A DNA stretch of 58,393 nt from a virus (taxonomy: Duplodnaviria > Caudoviricetes), in the IMG/VR virus record IMGVR_UViG_3300036770_008714, positions 1 to 58,393 of that record; one strand, given 5' to 3'. The position numbers and the translations under genes were made by a program. The first letter of the stretch is position 1. Every line of letters starts with the position of its first letter. The notes beneath the pieces are model-generated. The model saw only the letters and a program-made list of their open reading frames with translations. It was not told the origin of the DNA and made no database searches. Shown one piece after another: positions 10,004-18,406 of this stretch.

Positions 10004-12297
10004 AATGGCACTCCTTTTTCGTTGTCCACGTTGAAAGCCGGGAACACGGTTGTCACGGCACGGATGCCGGTTCCGTCGATCAGATAGGCCTTGTCCAACA
10101 CTGGAGAATCGTCAACGGTCAGCGTGGCGCGCAGGTAGGCGCCTCCAGTCACTGGGGTTTTGACGTACTCCACGGTCGGAACCCGGGTCACGATCCTTGG
10201 GGCAAGGCCGCGCACTCCGGAAACGTTGAAATCCCCTGATCGGTTTTCACCGTCCAGCAAGAAGGTGTCGGCCAGCAGAAACTCGGGTATCGCGGCGGAT
10301 TCCTGAATCGTCCAGCCCGGGAAACCCTGCGAGGTCAGTAGGTCGCCGTTTGGGTCCGCGTAGGGCGAAATCCCCGTGGCGGGCAGCAGGCTGGCGAGGT
10401 TGAAATTGCCCGAGTTGAATGGCACGTCCAGCCGGATCTCGACGGACTTGCACTTGATGACCAGTTTTGGCGTTGGAGCTGTAGGAAGCCCGCCGCCGCC
10501 CGAGTTGGTGTAGGTCGAACTGGTGTCGGGTTCACTCTGCCAGACGAACAGCTGGCTGAAACTCCGCGTGGCCTGAAACGTGCACTCCAAGTAGCACAGC
10601 AGATCAAGGGCCGGGTCGTAAACCAGCAGGTCCCGCTGTTCCCTCTGGACGGTGTACTCGAACGCCTTGGAGTCCTGGCCGTAGCGTTGCGCTGGCTCCC
10701 CGATGACGTTGTTCAGGTAATGCTCTTGAGTGTTTACCGTCCCGCTTTCCACGTAGTCATACTTGACCAGGTAGAAGCGCGAGCCATCGTTCAGCGTGAG
10801 GTATTCGTCGATGTGCAGGCTGCTGGATGGGGCCTGGCTTGACAGCAGGTGCACCTCCTTCGCCTCGGTCAATTGACCAGGCTCATGTGGGCCGGTGTGG
10901 GTGGATTCAAAGTCAAAGTACCCGTCCAGGTAGCTGTAACTGACGCTGCCCGTGCACTCAGATTCGTGCGAAGTCACCTTGGCGCGCGGCAGCAGCACCA
11001 TCTCACCGGCCACGAAGTGCGGCTGGCAGTCGTAGGTTTTCTCGATGCGGGTGAACCGCCCGCTGATGGGGCCAGCAATGGCCTCACTGCCACGGTGCGC
11101 GGGGTCGTCGCCCTCAGTGTCTGTGTACTCGTTGGTGATGACGCGCGAAGGACCGCTCTTGTAGTCAACGTGCACCCCCACATCGTCGCTGGTGACAATG
11201 GCCGACTGCGCGCCATCCCACGTGCCGGAATAGAGCCCTTCGGCGCTGATGTCGTCCTGGGGGACGGTGTGCACCACGGTAGGGCCGTTGAATGAGTCCC
11301 CTTCACGGTCGAACACCACCGCCGTCTGGTCGATGTTCTTGAAGCTCATCCGCACCACGGTGTTCGGCACGGTGATCGCGCCATTGACGGTGCTGCGGCT
11401 TGCGGTGGCGCGGTCGATGCGCTTTACCCGGAACAGAAAGCCTGCATCGGCCTCCGTGTAGGCGTTGCTGCTGACGTACTTGCGAAACAGCACCTGGGCG
11501 CCATCCTTGCGGATGTAAGGGCCTGCAATGGAAACGTCTGGATCGCCTGGGGACTGCGCGATCATCTCAACTGCAGAGTCGTAATCAAGGGCTACGGTCG
11601 GCACCGAGCCCAGCGGGGCGCCAAAGTCCTTGAACAGGGACTCCACATTCACGGCGAACGAATAAACGATGCTCCATGCCTGACTGCCACCCACGCCGTA
11701 AACCAGCGAGATGAACTTGTCGCGCGCGGCATTGACCCCTATGGGCCAGATGTAGTTGGCATAGCTGTGTCCGTACCGCGCCACCATCTCGGCACTGCGG
11801 TACATGTAGCGCATCGGCGCCGGGATGATCGACGACGGCGCCACGATGGCCCCAGTGTTGTACGGGGCCAGGGACTGATTGGCGGCTGCGTTGAAATACC
11901 CCGGCACAGTTGGGACGCTGGTGACATCCCGAATCACCCACTGCTTCAAGGCTACGTCTACCGACCCGTCGTTGACCAAGACGATGTTGTGATCCCGGAA
12001 CAGGATTCCGCTGAAAATGCCCGTGCCAGGAGCTGAGCCCACCGGCCATAGTTCCATGATGCTCTGGTTGCCGACGACGAAGATCCTGAACCGCGAGCCG
12101 TCGGGCAGTGCCCCAATGCCCGTGGGGTTCGGGGCCGCAGACAGGCGCGCGCTCGCCGTGAAGTTCTGAAAAGCCGTCTGCGCCATCGCCACCTGCGCGG
12201 CCGTGGCCATGGCGCCATACACGCGCAAGGTCGGCGGCGCCACTGCGCCGACTGGTTGCCCCGTGGGGGTAAAAACCAGCGGGTTCCAGATGGTCAT
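10000..12297 (-). CDS. Large beta-rich tail or receptor-binding protein
   Basis: Start MTIWNPLV overlaps upstream stop; Ser/Thr/Tyr/Gly-rich. Confidence 0.65.
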   Translation of the reverse strand: MTIWNPLVFTPTGQPVGAVAPPTLRVYGAMATAAQVAMAQTAFQNFTASARLSAAPNPTGIGALPDGSRFRIFVVGNQSIMELWPVGSAPGTGIFSGILFRDHNIVLVNDGSVDVALKQWVIRDVTSVPTVPGYFNAAANQSLAPYNTGAIVAPSSIIPAPMRYMYRSAEMVARYGHSYANYIWPIGVNAARDKFISLVYGVGGSQAWSIVYSFAVNVESLFKDFGAPLGSVPTVALDYDSAVEMIAQSPGDPDVSIAGPYIRKDGAQVLFRKYVSSNAYTEADAGFLFRVKRIDRATASRSTVNGAITVPNTVVRMSFKNIDQTAVVFDREGDSFNGPTVVHTVPQDDISAEGLYSGTWDGAQSAIVTSDDVGVHVDYKSGPSRVITNEYTDTEGDDPAHRGSEAIAGPISGRFTRIEKTYDCQPHFVAGEMVLLPRAKVTSHESECTGSVSYSYLDGYFDFESTHTGPHEPGQLTEAKEVHLLSSQAPSSSLHIDEYLTLNDGSRFYLVKYDYVESGTVNTQEHYLNNVIGEPAQRYGQDSKAFEYTVQREQRDLLVYDPALDLLCYLECTFQATRSFSQLFVWQSEPDTSSTYTNSGGGGLPTAPTPKLVIKCKSVEIRLDVPFNSGNFNLASLLPATGISPYADPNGDLLTSQGFPGWTIQESAAIPEFLLADTFLLDGENRSGDFNVSGVRGLAPRIVTRVPTVEYVKTPVTGGAYLRATLTVDDSPVLDKAYLIDGTGIRAVTTVFPAFNVDNEKGVPF

Positions 12298-13457
12298 TGC
12301 GGCACCGCGAGATATTGGGGGATGCCGTTCAGGACGCGGAACGTGGAGCACACCTCCGTGGCCGTGGTCTTGTACCGGTTACCGGTGAGGCTGGTGGTCT
12401 GCCCGCCGTTGAACCCGGCCACGATCTCGCCACCGGCAATGCACAGCATGGCGTTGCCCACCCCGGTGCCGTCGCCCAGCTTGATCTGATCGCCTGGGGC
12501 AGCCACGCCAGAGCCCAGCACCACGGGGCCGCGCTTGGTCGCCACGTAGGCCAGTTGGTCGAAAGTCTCACCGCCCAGCCAGATCAAGTCGTCTTCGGTG
12601 CCCACGTAGATCCCGCCGTCCATGGGCTGGATCGCAGTAATTTCAGCAGGCATGGGCCGGAAGTCGCGCCACTCCGCGAGGTGCGGGGCCATGGGGCGTG
12701 AGGCCCACAGCACTTTGCCCTGCGCCACCAGCATCCGCCCGCGCCAAAAAGCACTGATGGTGCCGATGGGCATAGGCACCGTTCCGATGGTGCGGCAGGG
12801 CAGAATCAGGTCAGTCGATGGTCCTGTGTACTGGAACTCGTCGGTGGACGTGCTGCCTGCCAGGTAGGCGCCCTCCCCGTTCGGGCCGCTGAGATAGACC
12901 TGCAACGTGTGGCCGTCCAGCATGGGCAGGCCGGACAGGTAGATGCCTCCGGTATCAATCTGCAGCGCATCAGCACTGGCGGCTGGGCTCTCGGCGCCAT
13001 CGCTGCGCCGGAACGTCAGATGGTAGGTGTAGGCCCCCGGGAACATGCTGCCACCAATCGCCCGCGCAACGCCAAGCGATGCGGGAACAGGCACTGACCA
13101 CGCCTTGCCGGTGAGGCCGTCCGTGATGCCGTTGATCAATCCATTGCTGAACGTCGTACGGCCGTCCGGTAGGTCGGTGTACCAAACGCGAGACATGCCC
13201 AGCGATTCGAAAACGATGTGGCGGTCGCCGTTCGGGTGAATGGCCGTCAGATCGCTTTCGACCGTAGACAGCATGTAGCCAGCAGACTGGTGGACGTTCT
13301 TGTGGCAGTCGGCATCGGTCTTGGCATAGCCTCCCCGGCGCAGTATCTCGCCCGTCAACCCAATGTCAACGTCGTTTGCCGCAACCAGGTCGGAACCCTT
13401 GAGCCGATGGGCTGGCACCTGGTTGTTGATGCCCGTGAAGCCTTCAAAGGTCAGCAT
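12294..13457 (-). CDS. Putative tail nozzle / head-closure protein
   Basis: N-terminal FTGINN...L..A.DVDI...G.ILRRGG motif typical of podovirus tail-hub proteins. Confidence 0.6.
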   Translation of the reverse strand: MLTFEGFTGINNQVPAHRLKGSDLVAANDVDIGLTGEILRRGGYAKTDADCHKNVHQSAGYMLSTVESDLTAIHPNGDRHIVFESLGMSRVWYTDLPDGRTTFSNGLINGITDGLTGKAWSVPVPASLGVARAIGGSMFPGAYTYHLTFRRSDGAESPAASADALQIDTGGIYLSGLPMLDGHTLQVYLSGPNGEGAYLAGSTSTDEFQYTGPSTDLILPCRTIGTVPMPIGTISAFWRGRMLVAQGKVLWASRPMAPHLAEWRDFRPMPAEITAIQPMDGGIYVGTEDDLIWLGGETFDQLAYVATKRGPVVLGSGVAAPGDQIKLGDGTGVGNAMLCIAGGEIVAGFNGGQTTSLTGNRYKTTATEVCSTFRVLNGIPQYLAVPQ

Positions 13458-14710
13458 TTAGTCCCCCGTATCGCCTTCGGCGTGCCGGTACGCAGGTGCG
13501 ACTTGCCCCAGGGGTGGATGGTCATGTTGGAGATGCGCGGCGTGCCTGCGGTGAATACGGCGGCGCCAGTGGGCTGCACGGCGAAGTCACCGGCAATCAG
13601 CCGGGGCATGCCTGCATTCAGTACCGCCCTGCCTTGAGGCTGGACGGTCACGTTCAATTGCGGCGTGCCTGCGCGGAGCAGCGAAACACCGGCCGCGCCC
13701 ACGCCGACCCCAATGGTTGGCGTGCCAGCAGACAGCAGGGCGGAACCGGCCACGCCCAGTCCGGTGTGCAGGGAAGGCGATCCAGCGGAGAAAACAGCCG
13801 CCCCGCCCACCTGCACAGACGCGGATGCGGACAGGGTCGGCGTACCAGCGGAAAGCACACTCGCACCCGTGGGAACGATGAAATCAGTCCCGCCCAAGAT
13901 GGGGTTGTACCCAATGGTCGGATAGCCCGCCTGGAACAATGACTTGCCCGCAACTGGCACCGTGCGGTGGGAGTACGGCAGCAGCGTGGGCGAACCAGCA
14001 GAGAACACGCTGGCTCCACTGGGCAGCAGGGTCTCTGGGTAGCCGAGCTGGACGACCGGCGCGCCGACCTTGAGGGCCGCAAGCCCAGTGACGCCGATAA
14101 CCTGGTTTGGCCCGCGAATGACGGATGGCGCGCCTGCGGAAAACACATTCACACCAGACACCGGCAGGAACTGATCAGGGTCTAGCCCAAACCCAGCCGC
14201 ATACCCAACCGGTGGGGTGTACACGAAAGCGGTATCACCGAAGTTGGCCGTCGCGCTCCCGGCGTAGCCAACAGCCGCGTGCAACAGCGTTCCGGTTGTT
14301 CCTGCAAGACTCGACCCAAGCAACCCGCCAATGGCATCGCCATCCAGAAGGAGCTGAACAAATTGCGTGTCAGCATCCAACAGCACGCTGATGACAGATA
14401 CCCCGGTATACCCGGACAGAGTCGCGACGCTGGCGCCGTTAGTGTAGAAAATGCCCGCGCTCACATCGAACGCCAAGGACTCGGAATCGCTGCCGGGCCA
14501 GCCTCCGGTGTTGTAGTCCTCGGTGCCAACCCCCACCATCTGTCCGACGTTGTCGGGGACAGTGATTTCCCAGTAGTACTTCCCTGACGTGGCTCCAAAG
14601 ACCGAACGGACACCGCCCGCCGTGGACGCGGCTGTCAGGTCAGAACCGCTGAGGGTGACCGTCGCGTCTTTGTCGGCAGGGTTCCACGTGGTTGGGACCA
14701 GGTCGGCCAT
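13451..14710 (-). CDS. Virion protein with N-terminal SPRY/B30.2-like domain and 11 C-terminal G-x-x-hydrophobic-x-x-(A)G-x-P repeats
   Basis: TWNPADK...GKYYWEI...ANFG...FVYTPPVGY; repeats counted by eye. Confidence 0.75.
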   Translation of the reverse strand: MADLVPTTWNPADKDATVTLSGSDLTAASTAGGVRSVFGATSGKYYWEITVPDNVGQMVGVGTEDYNTGGWPGSDSESLAFDVSAGIFYTNGASVATLSGYTGVSVISVLLDADTQFVQLLLDGDAIGGLLGSSLAGTTGTLLHAAVGYAGSATANFGDTAFVYTPPVGYAAGFGLDPDQFLPVSGVNVFSAGAPSVIRGPNQVIGVTGLAALKVGAPVVQLGYPETLLPSGASVFSAGSPTLLPYSHRTVPVAGKSLFQAGYPTIGYNPILGGTDFIVPTGASVLSAGTPTLSASASVQVGGAAVFSAGSPSLHTGLGVAGSALLSAGTPTIGVGVGAAGVSLLRAGTPQLNVTVQPQGRAVLNAGMPRLIAGDFAVQPTGAAVFTAGTPRISNMTIHPWGKSHLRTGTPKAIRGTKC

Positions 14711-14719
14711 TGCGGCCCC

Positions 14720-15121
14720 TTACACCAGCGAGAAGATCTTGTTGGCGCCGCTGTCCCATTGAACGGTGATGTCGCCGCCGTTGGTGGCCATCGGCAGGCC
14801 CGTCGCTGTGTCAACGAGGTAGAGCAGCGATGATGTGCCAGCCACGCCGGTGTCAACGAAGAGAGCAACAAACTTCGCGTTAGAGCCTGGGGCCACCAAC
14901 GCGAAAACCGGATCGGCGGAGTCAAATACACCGCCGGTGATGGACTTCGAAGTCAGTGTTACGGCGGTGCCGATCACTGTCGCTGACACATCGGACAGGA
15001 ACTCATGCGCGGCGCTGTAGGTGTAGGCATCAGACAGCAGCGCTGCCTTGATGGTGTCCGTGGAAAGGTTGACGGCGCCAAGGATTTTCTCGGCACCTTT
15101 GGGATAAAGTTTGTTGGCCAT
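14720..15121 (-). CDS. Phage structural protein (133 aa)
   Basis: AGGAG SD; DTIKAALL...GVFDSAD...TNGGDITVQW motifs of a common virion family. Confidence 0.75.
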   Translation of the reverse strand: MANKLYPKGAEKILGAVNLSTDTIKAALLSDAYTYSAAHEFLSDVSATVIGTAVTLTSKSITGGVFDSADPVFALVAPGSNAKFVALFVDTGVAGTSSLLYLVDTATGLPMATNGGDITVQWDSGANKIFSLV

Positions 15122-15144
15122 GGCCGGAACTCCTGCGAGGTGGA

Positions 15145-15195
15145 TGCCTTGCAGTGTTCCGACGATGGGTGTATTGCGCGAACCCTACTGGGGGG
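15145..15195 (-). promoter_or_regulatory. Late promoter L3 (tail genes, leadered)
   Basis: Box 15181-15195, N22, AACACT, N7, A15145; AGGAG SD then ATG 15121. Confidence 0.85.
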
Positions 15196-15226
15196 CGATG
15201 GCCCGAGCGCGAAGGGCAGAAAGAGA

Positions 15227-15280
15227 AAGCCCCCTCGGGCTACGATGGAGTTCTCACACAACCATCACCCGAAGGGGCTT
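15227..15280. promoter_or_regulatory. Inverted repeat enclosing a plus-strand -10 (TACGAT); possible minus-strand terminator
   Basis: AAGCCCCCTCGGG / CCCGAAGGGGCTT with inner GATGG/CCATC; ATG at 15283. Confidence 0.55.
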
Positions 15281-15282
15281 CT

Positions 15283-15516
15283 ATGACTCAACCAACGGAC
15301 ACATCGGCGCTCGACTTCCAAGCGGCCCTGGCAATCACTGCGCTGGCGGCCGCCCTGTGCAAGCAGCCCAACATAGACGGGCAAAAGCTACGACTCGATT
15401 TCCTAGACGCACTCGAAGGGATTGCAACCTCGCCCCAAGGCGTTGGGTCAATAGGCCGCGATATTGCGTCGTTGATGTCGTCTGTTTTAGATGCTCGCGC
15501 TGCCGGTATTGATTGA
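15283..15516 (+). CDS. Moron-like hypothetical protein (77 aa, MTQPTDT...)
   Basis: Counter-oriented ORF with own -10 and AAGGGG SD. Confidence 0.6.
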   Translation: MTQPTDTSALDFQAALAITALAAALCKQPNIDGQKLRLDFLDALEGIATSPQGVGSIGRDIASLMSSVLDARAAGID

Positions 15517-15736
15517 CAGAGTTCCTGAATGCTTCGATTTTCAGGTCCTCTGCCTTGATCGCTTGCTCCCACCTTTCCCGGTGCTCCCGGTCATTGGTGG
15601 AGCGCACACTCGCCCACGCGCTCGCCACTTGCTGAGCCATGCAGGCGAGCGCATCCTTTTGAGCCCGCATGCGCTCGCGTTTCCGCCAGGCCATGTTGGG
15701 CACTTTTCGAGAGCCAAGTGCGCTTTTTGTTGCCAT
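15335..15736 (-). CDS. Late-expressed protein partly similar to the C-terminus of the 606-aa virion protein
   Basis: ATG at predicted +1 of L4; MAQQVASAWASV vs MSQQVASAWTAV. Confidence 0.6.
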   Translation of the reverse strand: MATKSALGSRKVPNMAWRKRERMRAQKDALACMAQQVASAWASVRSTNDREHRERWEQAIKAEDLKIEAFRNSVNQYRQREHLKQTTSTTQYRGLLTQRLGARLQSLRVRLGNRVVAFARLCWAACTGRPPAQ

Positions 15737-15786
15737 GGCCGCATTGTTTACGTGAGCAACAACTTCACAGAAACCCTACTGGGGGG
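15736..15786 (-). promoter_or_regulatory. Late promoter L4 (leaderless)
   Basis: Box 15772-15786, N23, AACAAT, N6, ATG 15736. Confidence 0.8.
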
Positions 15787-16068
15787 CTACATCCCGCCAC
15801 GTAGACGCCGAACTATTTCTGCAGCCTTTTCATCACTCAGCCGCTCCGCATGTGAGTTCATGTAAAGCTCGGAAACCACAGTAAGCATCGTGTTCCGCGA
15901 AAATTCTGGCAACAAATGCCATGTTGCGACTAGTTCGTCGTGCAATATGTCTCCAAGAACGCCGGTATCAAAGGCGAACTCACCCCATTGCGGCCCCGCG
16001 TCAGTACGACGTTTCAGTCGCCCAGTAACCTCTGGGAGATTTTTCAGATAGTTTGGGTCGTTTTTCAT
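15787..16068 (-). CDS. Hypothetical protein (MKNDPNYL..., 93 aa)
   Basis: CAGGAA SD-like before ATG 16068; lower GC than flanks. Confidence 0.6.
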   Translation of the reverse strand: MKNDPNYLKNLPEVTGRLKRRTDAGPQWGEFAFDTGVLGDILHDELVATWHLLPEFSRNTMLTVVSELYMNSHAERLSDEKAAEIVRRLRGGM

Positions 16069-16247
16069 GAATGATTCCTGGCTCAACTTTACCAGTGCTG
16101 CGATCAATCTTGCGCCCCGCCACCCTTTGCGTTTACACTGGCGCTGTCCTTTCGGGGATGCGGGCTTGGCGGCCCGGAAAACACCCTGCGGCATAAAGCC
16201 GCTTCGACACCGCAGTCAGCGGCTTTTTTCATTCCTTGGCGCCCCAG

Positions 16248-16335
16248 TTTAGGCGGCCCAGGTGGGGAGCCGAAAGGCTCGCCGGTTTCTGCTCCGCAGG
16301 GTGCCCGGTCCGCCAACCCGCCTGGGCTGCCGCCT
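16248..16335 (+). ncRNA. C4-type antisense RNA (P1 c4 / P4 CI family)
   Basis: GGGGAGCCGAAAGGCTCGCCGG...CCGGTCCGCCAACCC core; loop CCGCCAA (16310-16) complementary to TTGGCGG at 16166-72 and 16338-44; CCGCAGGGTG complementary to CACCCTGCGG (16182-91). Confidence 0.8.
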
Positions 16336-16386
16336 TCTTGGCGGAAGGCAGCAGCAGTTCAACCGTCTGCACCCAAGGAGCCGACC

Positions 16387-17076
16387 ATGGCTGATTTCAA
16401 CTCCCACGCCGTTTTTGCATTCCACGATCACTCGGTCCGCGTCATCACGCGCGACGGTGAGCCTTGGTTTGTCGCCAAAGATGTGTGCGATGCCCTGTCC
16501 TATTCAAACTCGCGCGGCGCCCTCGCCGACCACTTGGACGCCGATGAAAAGGGTGTAGCCAACGCCGACACCCCTGGCGGGCAGCAGCAAATGCAGATCA
16601 TCAACGAGTCTGGCCTGTATGCCCTGGTGCTGCGCAGCCGCAAGCCCGAGGCCCGCAAGTTTGCCAAGTGGGTGACTGCGGAGGTGCTCCCTGCCATCCG
16701 GAAGACCGGCCGCTACGAAGCACCCGGCAAGGAAATGACCGTCAACGACATGGTGGATAAGATGACCCGCCTGCTGGGCACCGGCAACAGCTACCCGCCC
16801 ATCCTGTTCATGCCGCTTGTAAACGCCGTTATGCGCAAGCAGGGCTACACGTTCTTTCTGCCGCACCAGCAGGCCCAGGAGGTGACGGAACGACTGGAGC
16901 GCTTGAGTTTGGTGTTCCACCCACACAGCCAGCAGGCATCGGACGTTTTCGCCATCGGCCGGGCTCTGCGAGGGCTCAACCCCAAGACGGGCACCGCAGA
17001 CGCCAACTACCGCCAAGTCCTGCCCGCGTGCGGCAGCTCGGTGGCGCTCAAGCAGGCGGCGCTGCAGCTGGGGTAA
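16387..17076 (+). CDS. BRO-N family phage antirepressor
   Basis: GEPWFVAKDVCDAL...INESGLYALVLRSRKPEARKFAKWVTAEVLPAIRKTGRY. Confidence 0.92.
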   Translation: MADFNSHAVFAFHDHSVRVITRDGEPWFVAKDVCDALSYSNSRGALADHLDADEKGVANADTPGGQQQMQIINESGLYALVLRSRKPEARKFAKWVTAEVLPAIRKTGRYEAPGKEMTVNDMVDKMTRLLGTGNSYPPILFMPLVNAVMRKQGYTFFLPHQQAQEVTERLERLSLVFHPHSQQASDVFAIGRALRGLNPKTGTADANYRQVLPACGSSVALKQAALQLG

Positions 17077-17122
17077 CGCGGGCACCCCCGGCCCTGCTAG
17101 AGTTGGGGGCAGGAGGGAAAAT

Positions 17123-18118
17123 ATGACGGTTTGCGTAGCTGCGCTTTGCGCCGATGGGAAAACTGTGGTCGGGGCTTCTGATCGGATGGTATCTACCGCC
17201 GACAACCAGATGCGGCGCTCAAAAGTCCATCATTTGACCGATCAAGTCGTTGCGATGATCTCGGGGGATGTGGCCCTACATACCGAACTGCTTGCAGAGC
17301 TGCGTCGAATGATTGCCGGGTCGGCCGACAAGCCAGAAGACCTTACCGTCAAAAATATCGCCGATTGCTACTCACTGGCATATGTCGAGGCCAGAAGGCG
17401 TCGCGCGGAAAAGAAGTATCTTCGCCCCTTGGGGCTTGATTCTTCGTCATTCGTCCAGTCACAGAGGTACTTGGAAACGAATCTGGCCACTGAAATTGCA
17501 CGCGAAATGTTGAACTTCAGCATGCCATCGTGCTCTGCACTATTTTTTGGTATCGATTCCAGCTATGGCTATCAACGCGCCCACATCTATCTGGTAGATG
17601 GCAGCTTCGTTGAGTGCCATAACGACACCGGGTTTTGTGCAATTGGAGTTGGCAGTTATCAGGCGATGGCGAGCCTAATGTTCAACGGGCACAGATCGCA
17701 GGCGAGCTTCGACGCTGGAATCTACATGGCCCTGGCCGCAAAAAAGCGTGCAGAAGTTGCCTCTGGGGTCGGCGAAGAAACCGACCTTGTTGTGGTCTCC
17801 GTTCATGACGGCGCCGTGGTCAGTTTGCACGACCATGTAGTTGACAAGATCGAATCGATTTACAACGACGCGGAGAACCAACACACTAGGGTGAACCTAG
17901 CTGCATCGGAGAAATGCCATGAATATCTTGAATCGTTCCGCACTACACAGGTCTCTATCGAATCTGAGCCACGGGTCGAACTTTCTGGCACCCCCCCTGC
18001 TGATGAGCCGCCTGACGGACGTATCCATGCAGCCGCAGGAGCGGACGGCGCCGGGAGTACTCCAACTTCCGGTGTACAACACCCTGCTGGCGGAGATAGA
18101 ACGCAAGAAAGCCCTTGA
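17123..18118 (+). CDS. Proteasome beta-subunit-like Ntn hydrolase
   Basis: After Met removal: Thr1, ASDR, Lys33, Gly47; AIGVG at the usual GSG site; strong AGGAGG SD. Confidence 0.75.
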   Translation: MTVCVAALCADGKTVVGASDRMVSTADNQMRRSKVHHLTDQVVAMISGDVALHTELLAELRRMIAGSADKPEDLTVKNIADCYSLAYVEARRRRAEKKYLRPLGLDSSSFVQSQRYLETNLATEIAREMLNFSMPSCSALFFGIDSSYGYQRAHIYLVDGSFVECHNDTGFCAIGVGSYQAMASLMFNGHRSQASFDAGIYMALAAKKRAEVASGVGEETDLVVVSVHDGAVVSLHDHVVDKIESIYNDAENQHTRVNLAASEKCHEYLESFRTTQVSIESEPRVELSGTPPADEPPDGRIHAAAGADGAGSTPTSGVQHPAGGDRTQESP

Positions 18119-18143
18119 GTCAGCGGCCGCAAGGGATAGATAG
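17919..18143 (+). CDS. Possible 74-aa ORF overlapping the disordered tail of the Ntn hydrolase
   Basis: GGAG upstream of ATG 17919; ends 2 nt from the convergent stop at 18146. Confidence 0.3.
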   Translation: MNILNRSALHRSLSNLSHGSNFLAPPLLMSRLTDVSMQPQERTAPGVLQLPVYNTLLAEIERKKALESAAARDR

Positions 18144-18145
18144 CC

Positions 18146-18391
18146 CTACTCTCGCTTGCCCAGCCAGATCATCACAGCTATGAGGCCGATGATCCCGGCG
18201 GGGGTGGGGCCGATGACGAGGCTCAGGAGCCAGAGGGCCAGGGCAATCAGCCCGAACGTACCGAGCAGCAAGACGATGCCGATTGTTTCACTGGTTGCCG
18301 CTTTGTTGTAATCGTCCTGTTCGGCGCCCTTGAGCAAGCGCTCAGACTCATCCAAGGACATTGGGGGTTTTAGCGGGTCGAACTTCGGCAT
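18146..18391 (-). CDS. Small 2-TM membrane protein, possibly superinfection exclusion
   Basis: Two C-terminal TM helices; directly after the ejection genes. Confidence 0.6.
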   Translation of the reverse strand: MPKFDPLKPPMSLDESERLLKGAEQDDYNKAATSETIGIVLLLGTFGLIALALWLLSLVIGPTPAGIIGLIAVMIWLGKRE

Positions 18392-18406
18392 GCCCGCAAT
18401 GTAGCA

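Noticed and set aside
18144-18150. CCCTACT partial match to the late box
   Set aside because: Lacks the AA and G-run and the downstream spacing; it is the junction of two convergent stops
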